DNA of 64,000 nt from Azolla caroliniana. Taxonomy: Eukaryota > Plantae > Polypodiophyta. The notes under the pieces are model-generated. The model worked only from the letters and a program-made list of their open reading frames with translations. It searched no databases and had not been told where the DNA came from. The DNA lies in the NCBI GenBank assembly GCA_043228905.1, contig JBHGNT010000015.1, forward strand, positions 10,168,001-10,232,000. Reading direction: 5' to 3'. The stretch's first letter is position 1. The number at the start of each line of letters is the position of its first letter. This document shows, one piece after another, positions 50,954 through 63,407 of this stretch. The position numbers and the translations under genes were made by a program.

Positions 50954-52360
50954 ATGCTCGTGTTGGATGTATCGATCACACACCTCATTTGGAGCAGGGA
51001 CCCGAATGTCAAAATCCAGACCCGGTTTCGTCGTATCTGTAGGGGTTGCAACGAAATCGTCCGCTTATAGGCAGCAATACCCAGGAGTGCACTCCAACGA
51101 GAGACCATATAATGATATGTGCCCAACCAACCTCGTGGATGACCAGCTGTCCCCCCAAGGTCAATAACGTGGTAGAGGATACGAGGGAAGAAGGAAAGTA
51201 TTGATGATATAGTGGTGCGGGATCCTAGGCGGCGATGCCTCAGTAGATGACATCAGATTCGCACCGCCCTTGGGGTCGTTGTTGGGGATCGAGCCCGGGT
51301 CACCTGCGTGACAAGCGGGAATACTCAACACTATACTACAACAAGATGCTCTTGTTGGATGTATCGATCATACACCTCATTTGGAGCTTGGACCCAAATG
51401 TCAAAATATAGACCCAGTTTCGTCGTATCTACAGGGGTTGCAACGAATTCGTCCGCTTATAAGTAGTAATACCCAAGACTGCACTCCAATGAGAGACCAT
51501 ATGATGATATGTGCCCAACCAACCTCGTGGATGACCAGCTGTCCCCGCAAGGTCAAAAACGTGGTAGAGGATACGAGGGAAGAAGGAAAGCATTGCTGAT
51601 ATGGTAGAGCGGGATCCTGAGCTCTGTTGCCGGGGATCGAACCCGGGTCACCCGCGTGACAGGCGGGAATACTCACCACTATACTACAACGACCTGCTCG
51701 TGTTGGATGTATCGATCACACACCTCATTTGGAGCATGGACCTGAATGACAAAATCCAGACCCGGTTTCGTCGTATCTGTAGGGGTTGCAACGAAATCGT
51801 CCGCTTATAGGCAGCAATACCCAGGAGTGCACTCCAACGAGAGACCATATAATGATATTGCCCAACCAACCTCGTCGATGACCAGCTGTCCCCCCAAGGT
51901 CAATAACGTGGTAGAGGATACGAGGGAAGAAGGAAAGCATAGATGATATGGTGGTGCGGGATCCTAGGCGGCGATGCCTCAGTAGATGAAATCAGATTCG
52001 CACCGCACTTGGGGCCGTTGTTGGGGATCGAGCCCGGGTCACCCGCGTGACAGGCGGGAATACTCAACACTATACTACAACAACATGCTCTTGTTGGATA
52101 TATCGATCATACACCTCATTTGGAGCTTGGACCCAAATGTCAAAATCTAGACCCAGTTTCGTCGTATCTACAGGGGTTGCAACGAATTCGTCCGCTTATA
52201 AGTAGTAATACCCAAGACTGCACTCCAACGAGAGACCATATGATGATATGTGCCCAACCAACCTCGTGGATGACCAGCTGTCCCCCCAAGGTCAAAAACG
52301 TGGTAGAGGATACGAGGGAAGAAGGAAAGCATTGCTGATATGGTAGAGCGGGATCCTTAG

Positions 52361-52432
52361 CGCCGTTGCCGGGGATCGAACCCGGGTCACCCGCGTGACA
52401 GGCGGGAATACTCACCACTATACTACAACGAC
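52361..52432 (-). tRNA. trnD-GUC: tRNA-Asp(GUC), perfect consensus
   Basis: Identical 72-mer; short monomer. Confidence 0.93.
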
Positions 52433-53100
52433 ATGCTCGTGTTGGATGTATCGATCACACACCTCAGTTGGAGCATGGACCCGAATGTCAAAATCCAGAC
52501 CTGGTTTCGTTGTATCTGTAGGGGTTGCAACGAAATCGTCCGCTTATAGGCAGCAATACCCAGGAGTGCACTCCAACGAGAGACCATATAATGATATGTC
52601 CCCAACCAACCTCGTGGATGAACAGATGTCCCCCCAAGGTCAATAACGTGGTAGAGGATACGAGGGAAGAAGGAAAGTATTGATGATATAGTGGTGCGGG
52701 ATCCTAGGCGGCGATGCCTCAGTAGATGACATCAGATTCGCACCGCCCTTGGGGCCGTTGTTGGGGATCGAGCCCGGGTCACCCGCGTGACAGGCGGGAA
52801 TACTCAACACTATACTACAACAACATGCTTTTGTTGGATGTATCGATCATACACCTCATTTGGAGCTTGGACCCAAATGTCAAAATCTAGACCCAGTTTC
52901 GTCGTATCTACAGGGGTTGCAACGAATTCGTCCGCTTATAAGTAGTAATACCCAAGACTGCACTCCAACGAGAGACCATATGATGATATGTGCCCAACCA
53001 ACCTCGTGGATGACCAGCTGTCCCCGCAAGGTCAAAAACGTGGTAGAGGATACGAGGGAAGAAGGAAAGCATTGCTGATATGGTAGAGCGGGATCCTGAG

Positions 53101-53172
53101 CGCCGTTGCCGGGGATCGAACCCGGGTCACCCGCGTGACAGGCGGGAATACTCACCACTATACTACAACGAC
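53101..53172 (-). tRNA. trnD-GUC: tRNA-Asp(GUC), perfect consensus
   Basis: Identical 72-mer; short monomer. Confidence 0.93.
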
Positions 53173-54569
53173 ATGCTCGTGTTGGATGTATCGATCACAC
53201 ACCTCATTTGGAGCATGGACCCGAATGACAAAATCCAGACCCGGTTTCGTCGTATCTGTAGGGGTTGCAACGAAATCGTCCGCTTATAGGCAGCAATACC
53301 CAGGAGTGCACTCCAACAAGAGACCATATAATGATATGTGCCCAACCAACCTCGTGGATGACCAGCTGTCCCCCCAAGGTCAATACCGTGGTAGAGGATA
53401 CGAGGGAAGAAGGAAAGCATTGATGATATGGTGGTGCGGGATCCTAGGCGGCGATGCCTCAGTAGATGAAATCAGATTCGCACCGCACTTGGGGCCGTTG
53501 TTGGGGATCGAGCCCGGGTCACCCGCGTGACAGGCGGGAATACTCAACACTATACTACAACAACATGCTCTTGTTGGATATATCGATCATACACCTCATT
53601 TGGAGCTTGGACCCAAATGTCAAAATCTAGACCCAGTTTCGTCGTATCTACAGGGGTTGCAACGAATTCGTCTGCTTATAGGCAGCAAAACCCAAGAGTG
53701 CACTCCAACGAGAGACCATATGATGATATATGCCCAACCAACCTCGTGGATGACCAGCTGTCCCCCGAAGGTCAAAAACGTGGTAGAGGATACGAGGGAA
53801 GAGGGAAAGCATTGCTGATATGATAGAGGGGGATCCTAAGCGCCGTTGCCATGTATCGAACCCGGGTCACCCGCGTGACAGGCGGGATTACTCACCACTA
53901 TACTACAAGGACATGCTCGTGTTGGATGTATCGATCACACACCTCATTTGGAGCATGGACCCGAATGTCAAAATCCAGACCCGGTTTCGTCGTATCTGTA
54001 GGGGTTGCAACGAAAGCGTCCGCTTATAGGCAGCAATACCCAGGACTGCACTCCAACGAGAGACCATCTAATGATATGTGCCCAACCAACCTCGTAGATG
54101 ACCAGTTGTCCCCCCAAGGTCCTAAACGTGGTAGAGGATACGAGGGAAGAAAGAAAGCATTGATGATATGGTGTTGCGGGATCCTAGGCGGCGATGCCTC
54201 AGTAGATGACATCAGATTCGCACCGCCCTTGGGGCAGTTGTTGGGGATCGAGCCCGAGTCACCCGCGTGACAGGCGGGAATACTCACCTCTATACTACAA
54301 CAACATGCTCTTGTTGGATGTATCGATCATACACCTCATTTGGAGCTTGGACCCAAATGTCAAAATCAAGACCCAGTTTCGTCGTATCAACAGGGGTTGC
54401 AACGAATTCGTCTACTTATAGGCAGCAATACTCAAGAGTGCACTCCAACGAAAGACCATATGATGTTATGTGCCCACCCAACCTCGTGGATGACCAGCTG
54501 TCCCCCCAAGGTAAGAGGATACGAGGGAAGAAGGAAAGCATTGCTGATATGGTAGAGCGGGATCCTGAG

Positions 54570-54641
54570 CGCCGTTGCCGGGGATCGAACCCGGGTCACC
54601 CGCGTGACAGGCGGGAATACTCACCACTATACTACAACGAC
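54570..54641 (-). tRNA. trnD-GUC: tRNA-Asp(GUC), perfect consensus
   Basis: Identical 72-mer; 337-bp monomer in which an 11-bp deletion removes the T5. Confidence 0.9.
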
Positions 54642-56778
54642 CTGCTCGTGTTGGATGTATCGATCACACACCTCATTTGGAGCATGGACCCGAATCACAA
54701 AATCCAAACCCGGTTTCGTCGTATCTGTAGGGGTTGCAACGAAATCGTCCGCTTATAGGCAGCAATACCCAGGAGTGCACTCCAACGAGAGACCATATAA
54801 TGATATGTGCCCAACCAACCTCGTCGATGACCAGCTGTCCCCCCAAGGTCAATACCGTGGTAGAGGATACGAGGGAAGAAGGAAAGCATTGATGATATGG
54901 TGGTGCGGGATCCTAGGCGGCGATGCCTCAGTAGATGAAATCAGATTCGCACCGCACTTGGGGCCGTTGTTCGGGATCGAGCCCGGGTCACCCGCGTGAC
55001 AGGCGGGAATACTCAACAATATACTACAACAACATGCTCTTGTTGGATGTATCGATCATACACCTCATTTGGAGCTTGCACCCAAATGTCAAAATCTAGA
55101 CCCAGTTTCGTCGTATCTACAGGGGTTGCAACGAATTCGTCCGCTTATAAGTAGTAATACCCAAGACTGCACTCCAACGAGAGACCATATGATGATATGT
55201 GCCCCACCAACCTCGTGGATGACCAGCTGTCCCCCCAAGGTCAAAAACGTGGTAGAGGATACGAGGGAAGAAGGAAAGCATTGCTGATATGGTAGAGCGG
55301 GATCCTTAGCGCCGTTGCCGGGGATCGAACCCGGGTCACCCGCGTGACAGGCGGGAATACTCACCACTATACTAGAACGACATGCTCGTGTTGGATGTAT
55401 CGATCACACACCTCATTTGGAGCATGGACCCGAATGACAAAATCCAGACCCGGTTTCGTCGTATCTGTAGGGGTTGCAACGAAATCGTCCGCTTATAGGC
55501 AGCAATACCCAGGAGTGCACTCCAACAAGAGACCATATAATGATATGTGCCCAACCAACCTCGTGGATGACCAGCTGTCCCCCCAAGGTCAATACCGTGG
55601 TAGAGGATACGAGGGAAGAAGGGAAGCATTGATGATATGGTGGTGCGGGATCCTAGGCGGCGATGCCTCAGTAGATGAAATCAAATTCGCACCGCACTTG
55701 GGGCCGTTGTTGGGGATCGAGCCCGGGTCACCCACGTGACAGGCGGGAATACTCAACACTATACTACAACAACATGCTCTTGTTGGATATATCGATCATA
55801 CACCTCATTTGGAGCTTGGACCCAAATGTCAAAATCTAGACCCAGTTTCGTCGTATCTACAGGGGTTGCAACGAATTCGTCTGCTTATAGGCAGCAAAAC
55901 CCAAGAGTGCACTCCAACGAGAGACCATATGATGATATATGCCCAACCAACCTCGTGGATGACCAGCTGTCCCCCCAAGGTCAAAAACGTGGTAGAGGAT
56001 ACGAGGGAAGAGGGAAAGCATTGCTGATATGATAGAGGGGGATCCTAAGCGCCGTTGCCATGTATCGAACCCGGGTCACCCGCGTAACAGGCGGGATTAC
56101 TCACCACTATACTACAAGGACATGCTCGTGTTGGATGTATCGATCACACACCTCATTTGGAGCATGGACCCGAATGTCAAAATCCAGACCCGGTTTCGTC
56201 GTATCTGTAGGGGTTGCAACGAAAGCGTCCGCTTATAGGCAGCAATACGCAGGACTGCACTCCAACGAGAGACCATCTAATGATATGTGCCCAACCAACC
56301 TCGTAGATGACCAGCTGTCCCCCCAAGGTCCTAAACGTGGTAGAGGATACGAGGGAAGAAAGAAAGCATTGATGATATGGTGTTGCGGGATCCTAGGCGG
56401 CGATGCCTCAGTAGATGACATCAGATTCGCACCGCCCTTGGGGCAGTTGTTGGGGATCGAGCCCGAGTCACCCGTGTGACAGGCGGGAATACTCACCTCT
56501 ATACTACAACAACATGCTCTTGTTGGATGTATCGATCATACACCTCATTTGGAGCTTGGACCCAAATGTCAAAATCAAGACCCAGTTTCGTCGTATCAAC
56601 AGGGGTTGCAACGAATTCGTCTACTTATAGGCAGCAATACTCAAGAGTGCACTCCAACGAAAGACCATATGATGTTATGTGCCCACCCAACCTCGTGGAT
56701 GACCAGCTGTCCCCCCAAGGTAAGAGGATACGAGGGAAGAAGGAAAGCATTGCTGATATGGTAGAGCGGGATCCTGAG

Positions 56779-56850
56779 CGCCGTTGCCGGGGATCGAACC
56801 CGGGTCACCCGCGTGACAGGCGGGAATACTCACCACTATACTACAACGAC
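56779..56850 (-). tRNA. trnD-GUC: tRNA-Asp(GUC), perfect consensus
   Basis: Identical 72-mer; 337-bp monomer. Confidence 0.9.
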
Positions 56851-57570
56851 CTGCTCGTGTTGGATGTATCGATCACACACCTCATTTGGAGCATGGACCC
56901 GAATGACCAAATCCAGACCCGGTTTCGTCGTATCTGTAGGGGTTGCAACGAAATCGTCCGCTTATAGGCAGCAATACCCAGGAGTGCACTCCAACGAGAG
57001 ACCATATAATGTTATGTGCCCAACCAACCTCGTCGATGACCAGCTGTCCCCCCAAGGTCAATAACGTGGTAGAGGATACGAGGGAAGAAGGAAAGCATTG
57101 CTGATATGGTAGCGCGGGATCCTAAGCGTCGTTGCCGGGGATCGAACCCGGGTCACCCGCGTGACAGGCGGGAATATTCACCACTATACTACAACGACAT
57201 GCTCGTGTTGGATGTATCGATCATAGACGTCATTTGGAACATGGACTCGAATGTCAAAATCCAGACCCGGTTTTGTCGTATCTGTAGGGGTTGCAAGGAA
57301 ATCGTCCGCTTATAGGCAGCAATACCCAGGAGTGCACTCCAACGAGAGACCATATTATGATATGTGCCCAACCAACCTCGTGGATGACCAGCTGTCCCCC
57401 CAAGGTCAATAACGTGGTAGAGGATACGAGGGAAGAAGGAAAGCATTGATGATATGCTGGTGCGGGATCTTAGGCGGCGATGCCTCAGTAGATGACATCA
57501 GGCTCGCACCGCCCTTGGGGCCATTGTTGGGGATCGAGCCCGGGTCACCCGCGTGACAGGCGGGAATACT

Positions 57571-57862
57571 TGTTGGAGACAATGTCGTCTTTGCGGAAGA
57601 TCTTGAAGCATTCGATAGCTGCTGAATACCTGCGTATGACAGTTTCTAGGTCGTTGCACAGAGAGAGAGAGAGAGAGAGAGACAAAGAGGCACAAAAGAC
57701 ACTCTATTTCTTAAAGCAATAATACAACAGCCAACCTTACAAAAAGGTTACAAGGTCACTATATATAGTGACCGACTTAGGGCAACTACCCTTTATGCTA
57801 ATTACATAAATGTACCAAAACGGGATAGTGTGAATACGTCCATTATACACATGTATTCGACA
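57571..57862 (-). repeat. 3' LTR of Copia B
   Basis: Matches 62743-63034. The PPT GGGGGAG is adjacent at 57863-57869. Confidence 0.95.
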
Positions 57863-58055
57863 CTCCCCCGTAATGGGCGTATACATGGGTTATCTAAGAT
57901 TACAGGTATAGACTTAGGTTCTCGGACATATCAGCTTTGTTCGAGTCGGCAGGATCCGAAGGCAGAAGACCGAACTGGTCGGGTCGGAAGAGTTGAAGCC
58001 GATCATTAAGGAACTGATGTCGGTTGTCGGGAACCATCCTGCTCTGTGTCCGGCT

Positions 58056-61000
58056 CTAACCGGACTGGTTTGTCATTACGCCCATCTGATGCCGAAGAGA
58101 CCGAAAACGGTTTGCCGAAAGACATTTGGTCATTCCATCTGCGACATTGTCGGTTGTGGATATTTTCTCTAGACCGATTTTCCCTGAAATGACGCAGTCC
58201 CGAACGAAGTGATATCGAACGTCGATATGTTTGGAGGCGTTGTGGTGAACCGGATTTTTCGACAAGGCAACAGCACCTTGACTGTCGCTGTAAACAACTG
58301 GAGCCGAGTCATGGTCGACTTGTCGAAATGTGTGCGCCAGCCGACCGAGCCACAAAGCTTCTTTTGCTGCGTCGGACGCAGCTACATATTCTGCTTCGGT
58401 CGTTGAGGTCGCTGTGCACTCCTGAAGTTTCGACTTCCACGAGATTGCTCCATTGCCGAATTTGAAGCAGTATCCGGTTGTAGATTTCCGACTGTCTATG
58501 CAGCCGGCGAAGTCCGAGTCGGTGTAACCGACTACGCCTGAGGTTCGGTTCGGACCGAAAAGAATGCCATGGTCTTTTGTGCCAGCCAGATATCTGAACA
58601 CATGCTTGACTGCGTTCCAATGCGATCGGCCAGGATTGTGCATGAATCTGCTAACGACTCCTACGGCGTGAGAAATATCAGGCCGTGTCGCGACCATCAG
58701 GTACATAAGGGAGCCGACTGCCGGTGCATACGGTACCGACTTCATATCTTCCCCCTCCGGACCGGATGTCGGGCAGTCTCGCTGAGAGAGCCGAAGATTC
58801 ATGGGGAGCGGGGTTGAAGCAGATTTGGCTGATTGCATGTTGAAGCGTTCTAAGACACGTCGGGTATAGTCGGTCTGAGACAAAAAAAGATGTCGTTTAT
58901 CGCGATGCCGACTGATCTTCATGCCAAGGATGTGTCGTGCCGGACCGAGGTCCTTCATGGCAAACTTCAACCGCAGTTGCCGAACGAGATCGGCAAGTTC
59001 GCCCGCGTGGCGTCCAGAAATTAGCATGTCGTCCACGTAAATGATGAGGAAGATGGGTGATCCATCTTGAGCTGTGTTGGTGAAGAGACAATGGTCCTCA
59101 TAGCTTTTGGAGAAGCCGATCGATTGGATGAAGTCGTCGAACTTCTTGTACCATTGTCGCGGTGCCTGTTTGAGGCCGTATAGACTCTTCCTGAGTCGGC
59201 AGACTAGATGTTCTTGGCCGGTTGCCACGAAGCCTTTTGGCTGCTCCATATAAATTTCCTCCTCGAGATCACCATGGAGGAAGGCTGTTTTTACATCTAG
59301 CTGAATCAGCTCCAAGTTGTCGGCTGCCACTACGCCGAGTAGGAAACGAAGGGTTGTCATTTTCACCACTGGTGAAAAAATCTCGTCGAAGTCGACGCCA
59401 TATTCTTGTCGGAAGCCCTTCGCAACTAGTCTGGCCTTGTACTTTGGGGTGGTCGAATCAGACGTCTCTTTTAGTCGATAGACCCACTTGCAAGGAAGAG
59501 CACGTCGGTTCCTAGGTAATTCGACCAGATCCCAAGTCTTGTTCGCCCGAATGGAGTGCATTTCCGACTCCATCGCCAGATGCCAGGTGGCTGAATCGAC
59601 AGATGTCGATGCTTCTTCGTAAGACGTCGGTTCGCCGGCATCGGTGAAGAAAATTCCAGGAGAATACCTCTCCGGAGGTTGCGACAGTCTCTCGGATCGT
59701 CGAGGCATGATTGGACTGGTCGCATCGGGTATCGTGGTCGGATGGTCCGGAAGCGGATTGTTCTGCTGTGCCGAGTCGGAGTTGTCCGAGTCGGTAGTGT
59801 AAGGTTCAGCTACCCGTGAAGCTGACCGTGTGTTGAGAGCGGGGCCTTCTTGAAGGGTCGGCACATCGGAGAATGTTACCCTTCGGACTTCGATCGGTTT
59901 TTCGACTGATGGATTCATAGCCGACTCGTTGAACACAACGTCCGAACTTCGAACGATTTGTCTGCGTTCGGGGTCCCAGAGTCGGTATCCCATTTCGCCG
60001 TCGGATCCATATCCAAGGAAAATGCATTTCCTGGACCGAGGTGCAAGTTTTCGGCGATCATCTTTCGGAATAAGGGCGTACGCCTCACATCCGAAGATCC
60101 TCAGCTTGTCGTAATTCGGCTTACTGCCGATCCATAGTTCCTGAGGAATTTGAAGTCCTAGAGGTCTACTTGGCGACATATTGATTATGTGTACTGCCGT
60201 GAGTAGAGCCTCTGCCCAGAAGCCATCCGTCAGTCCGGAGTGTTGGAGCATGGAAACTATCCTTTCTTGGATTGTTCGATTCATTCGTTCTGCAATCCCG
60301 TTTTGCTCCGGACTGTGTGGTGCCGTAAATTCACGTCGGATGCCGCGTTGTCGGCAGAATTTGACGAATTCTTCGGATTTGAACTCTCCCCCATTGTCGG
60401 TCCGAAAGCATTTCAGTTTTCAGTCGGTTTGATTTTCTACCATAGCGAGCCAATCTGAGAAGATCGAGAAGACACGATCTTTGGTGCGAATTGGATACGC
60501 CCACACCTTTCGAGTCGAGTCGTCAATAAAAGTGACGAAGTAAGAGGCACCGCCGAGAGACTGATGCGGCATTGGGCCACAGACGTCCGAATGGACTAAA
60601 TCGAGAGGTCTCGTTTCTCTTGGTGCTGATGTCGGGTGTGATGCGGCTGCTTGTTTGCCATACTGGCAATGCTCGCAGAATTGATGGTCCGAGAAGGAGA
60701 GTTTGGGGATGTATCCGGCTCTAGATAGGTGCGTGATGCCGGCCTTGCTGAGGTGTCCTAATCTTCGGTGCCATAGTGATGACACAGGAATATCCACCAA
60801 GAACAGGTTACCCTCTCTGAGCGTAACATGTAACGGATACAGTGAGTGTATCTTGGGTCCTCTAGCAAGCAGGAGGTTCCCCCTGTGGAGTGTCCACCCT
60901 CCCGAAGAAAAACCGGCACGAATGCCGTCTTCATCTAGTTGTCCGACTGAGATCAATGGCCTTGAGAGCTCGGGTACATGTCGGACATTGTGGAGTACAA

Positions 61001-62072
61001 GTGTAGAGCCACCTGCAAGGTTGAGCTCTACTGTGCCGATTCCGATGATGTCACAGTGTTGCGAGTTGCCGACCCGAACTGAGTCGGAGTGACGGATCGT
61101 ATATTGCCGAAATTGGGATCGATGAGGAGTCACGTGAAATGACGCGCCCGAATCCAAGAGCCATGTGCTCGATTCTTCAGTCGTGAGCAGAACTTCTGAG
61201 CCAACTGGATTTTCGATTGATAGTATGTTCGGGTCGTCTGGTAGCACATCAGCTGAGAAGCTGACGTAGTTGATCTCCTCATGCCGGCCACTCTTCTTGT
61301 TGTTCTTGTTCTTGAGTGCGCGGCAGTCGGCTTTGATGTGTCCGGGTTTCTTGCAGTAGTTGCAGATTCGGTTATCCCGTGACTGGCTCCGTCTTCGCTG
61401 ATTGTTCGGCGGCCGTGAGGAATCTCTTCCTCGTATGTTCGATCGGTCTGTCGAACCTTGTACCACATAAGCGTCTTCTGTTGAGTCTTTGGCGAAAGAC
61501 TTTCTCCGAGCTGCTTCGGTCAGGATTGCGCTCGTGACTTCGGAGTATTTAACAGCCGTGGTTGACGCGTTGCACACAGTTGTGACGAAAGTTTCCCATG
61601 ATGAGGGAAGGCTGCTCATGAGTATCATTGCTCTGAGTTCATCCTCGATTGCCGTCCCCTGAGATGAGATTTGGGAGCTGATGCTTTCGTACTCATTTAG
61701 GTGTGCCTGAACCGAATCGGATTCTTTCATCCGCAAGTTGTAGAGGCGCCGGATCAGAAACATCTTCGTTGCGGCTACCTTCTTTTCGTAAGTGTCCGAC
61801 AGTGTTTTCCACAGTTCGAATGTTGTCGTACAGGATTGCACCGTAAAGTATACCGATTCCGATAGGTGCATCCGAATCGTGGCGCGGACAATTCTGTCCA
61901 GCTTCTGCCACTCAATTGGTTTGTATCCTTCTGGAGGTTCTTCATTTTCGATGGGATCGATTTGCCCCTTGACTATGAGATAGTCCTGCATTTGCTCCTT
62001 CCAGAAGTTGAAGTTCGATCCATCGAACTTTCGTAGACTCATTTCTGACGAGCCGGATGTTGATGCCATCAA
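58056..62072 (-). pseudogene. gag-pol: Copia B gag-pol with one in-frame TGA (60420-60422) in integrase
   Basis: ORFs 60420-62072 and 58056-60284 are in the same frame. Readthrough gives VENQTD*KLKCFRTDNGGEF. Confidence 0.92.
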
Positions 62073-62728
62073 ATTCGGTTTCGGTTGACGAAGCTCGGTT
62101 CGGAGTTGACTACGAGCCTTGTTGGAGTGCAGCCGGTTGGCTCACCCGATATCGCTCTAGTCGGATTCGAACCCGAGTCGGTTCGGCTTCGGAACTTGCT
62201 CGAATTGACTCCGGTAGCTCGAGGGACAGAACCGACTGGTCTTCCCGAATGTTGCCGAGTCGGAGTGAGCCCGGTTCGCTTCGGATATATATGCCGAATA
62301 CCGATTACTGAAACCGATTATCTGGACCGATTCTGCTTCGGGTGACTGCAGCGACGAGAGAGATGAATCTAACTGATCCTCTCGAGTGTCGATCAGCCTG
62401 ATGAAGCACGAATTTGGGGTTGTTGTCTTGAGACCGATCTGCACCGAGTGGTTACAACGAGCGGCGTTTGATGACCTCTTCGGATGCCGTTTAACCGAAT
62501 GGAGCACGAATCGTGTCAATGTTGCACAAGGGGATTTCACCTCGAGCGGTTACAATCACAAGGGACGGAGTACAACCTGCTGGCTTACTCCAAACAAAGA
62601 TGATCTAACGCGATGAGATGCAAACCTGGGTTTTTTTTTTTTCCTTCTTCTCTCTTCTTCGAATGACGCAGGAAACCGAATGCTGAGACGACGGCCGACA
62701 GCGGATTGAGGGACCGACTACTGTGCAC

Positions 62729-62740
62729 GCTCTGATACCA
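62729..62740 (-). promoter_or_regulatory. Primer binding site (initiator tRNA-Met) of Copia B
   Basis: TGGTATCAGAGC, 2 nt inside the 5' LTR boundary. Confidence 0.92.
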
Positions 62741-62742
62741 GA

Positions 62743-63034
62743 TGTTGGAGACAATGTCGTCTTTGCGGAAGATCTTGAAGCATTCGATTGCTGCTGAATA
62801 CCTGCGTATGACAGTTTCTAGGTCGTTGCACAGAGAGAGAGAGAGAGAGAGAGACAAAGAGGCACAAAAGACACTCTATTTCTTAAAGCAATAATACAAC
62901 AGCCAACCTTACAAAAAGGTTACAAGGTCACTATATATAGTGACCGACTTAGGGCAACTACCCTTTATGCTAATTACATAAATTTACCAAAACGGGATAG
63001 TGTGAATACGTCCATTATACACATGTATTCGACA
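62743..63034 (-). repeat. 5' LTR of Copia B
   Basis: Matches 57571-57862. Confidence 0.95.
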
Positions 63035-63335
63035 ATACTCACCACTATACTACAAGACCATGCTCTTGTTGGATGTATTGATCATACACCTCATTTGGAG
63101 CATGGACCAAAATGTCAAAATCTAGACCCAGTTTCGTCGTATCTACAGGGGTTGCAACGAATTCGTCTGCTAATAGGCAGCAATACTCAAGAGTGCACTC
63201 CAACGAAAGACCATATGATGATATGTGCCAAATCAACCTCGTGGATGACCAGCTGTCCCCCCAAGGTAAAAAACGTGGTAGAGGATACAAGGGAAGAAGG
63301 AAAGCATTGCTGATATGGTAGTGCGGGATCCTAAG

Positions 63336-63407
63336 CGCCGTTGCCGGGGATCGAACCCGGGTCACCCGCGTGACAGGCGGGAATACTCACCACTATACTA
63401 CAACGAC
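63336..63407 (-). tRNA. trnD-GUC: tRNA-Asp(GUC), perfect consensus
   Basis: Identical 72-mer; short monomer with downstream T6. Confidence 0.93.

Larger units (their letters stand above)
57571..63034 (-). mobile_element. Full-length young Ty1/Copia retrotransposon B (5464 bp), TSD ATACT, inserted inside a tRNA-Asp copy
   Basis: 292-bp LTRs with 2 differences seen, TG..CA ends, TSD at 57566-57570 and 63035-63039, PBS and PPT present. Confidence 0.97.
57519..63059 (-). pseudogene. tRNA-Asp pseudogene split in the D-arm by Copia B
   Basis: The 3' portion is at 57519-57570 and the 5' portion at 63035-63059, sharing the duplicated ATACT. Confidence 0.9.
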
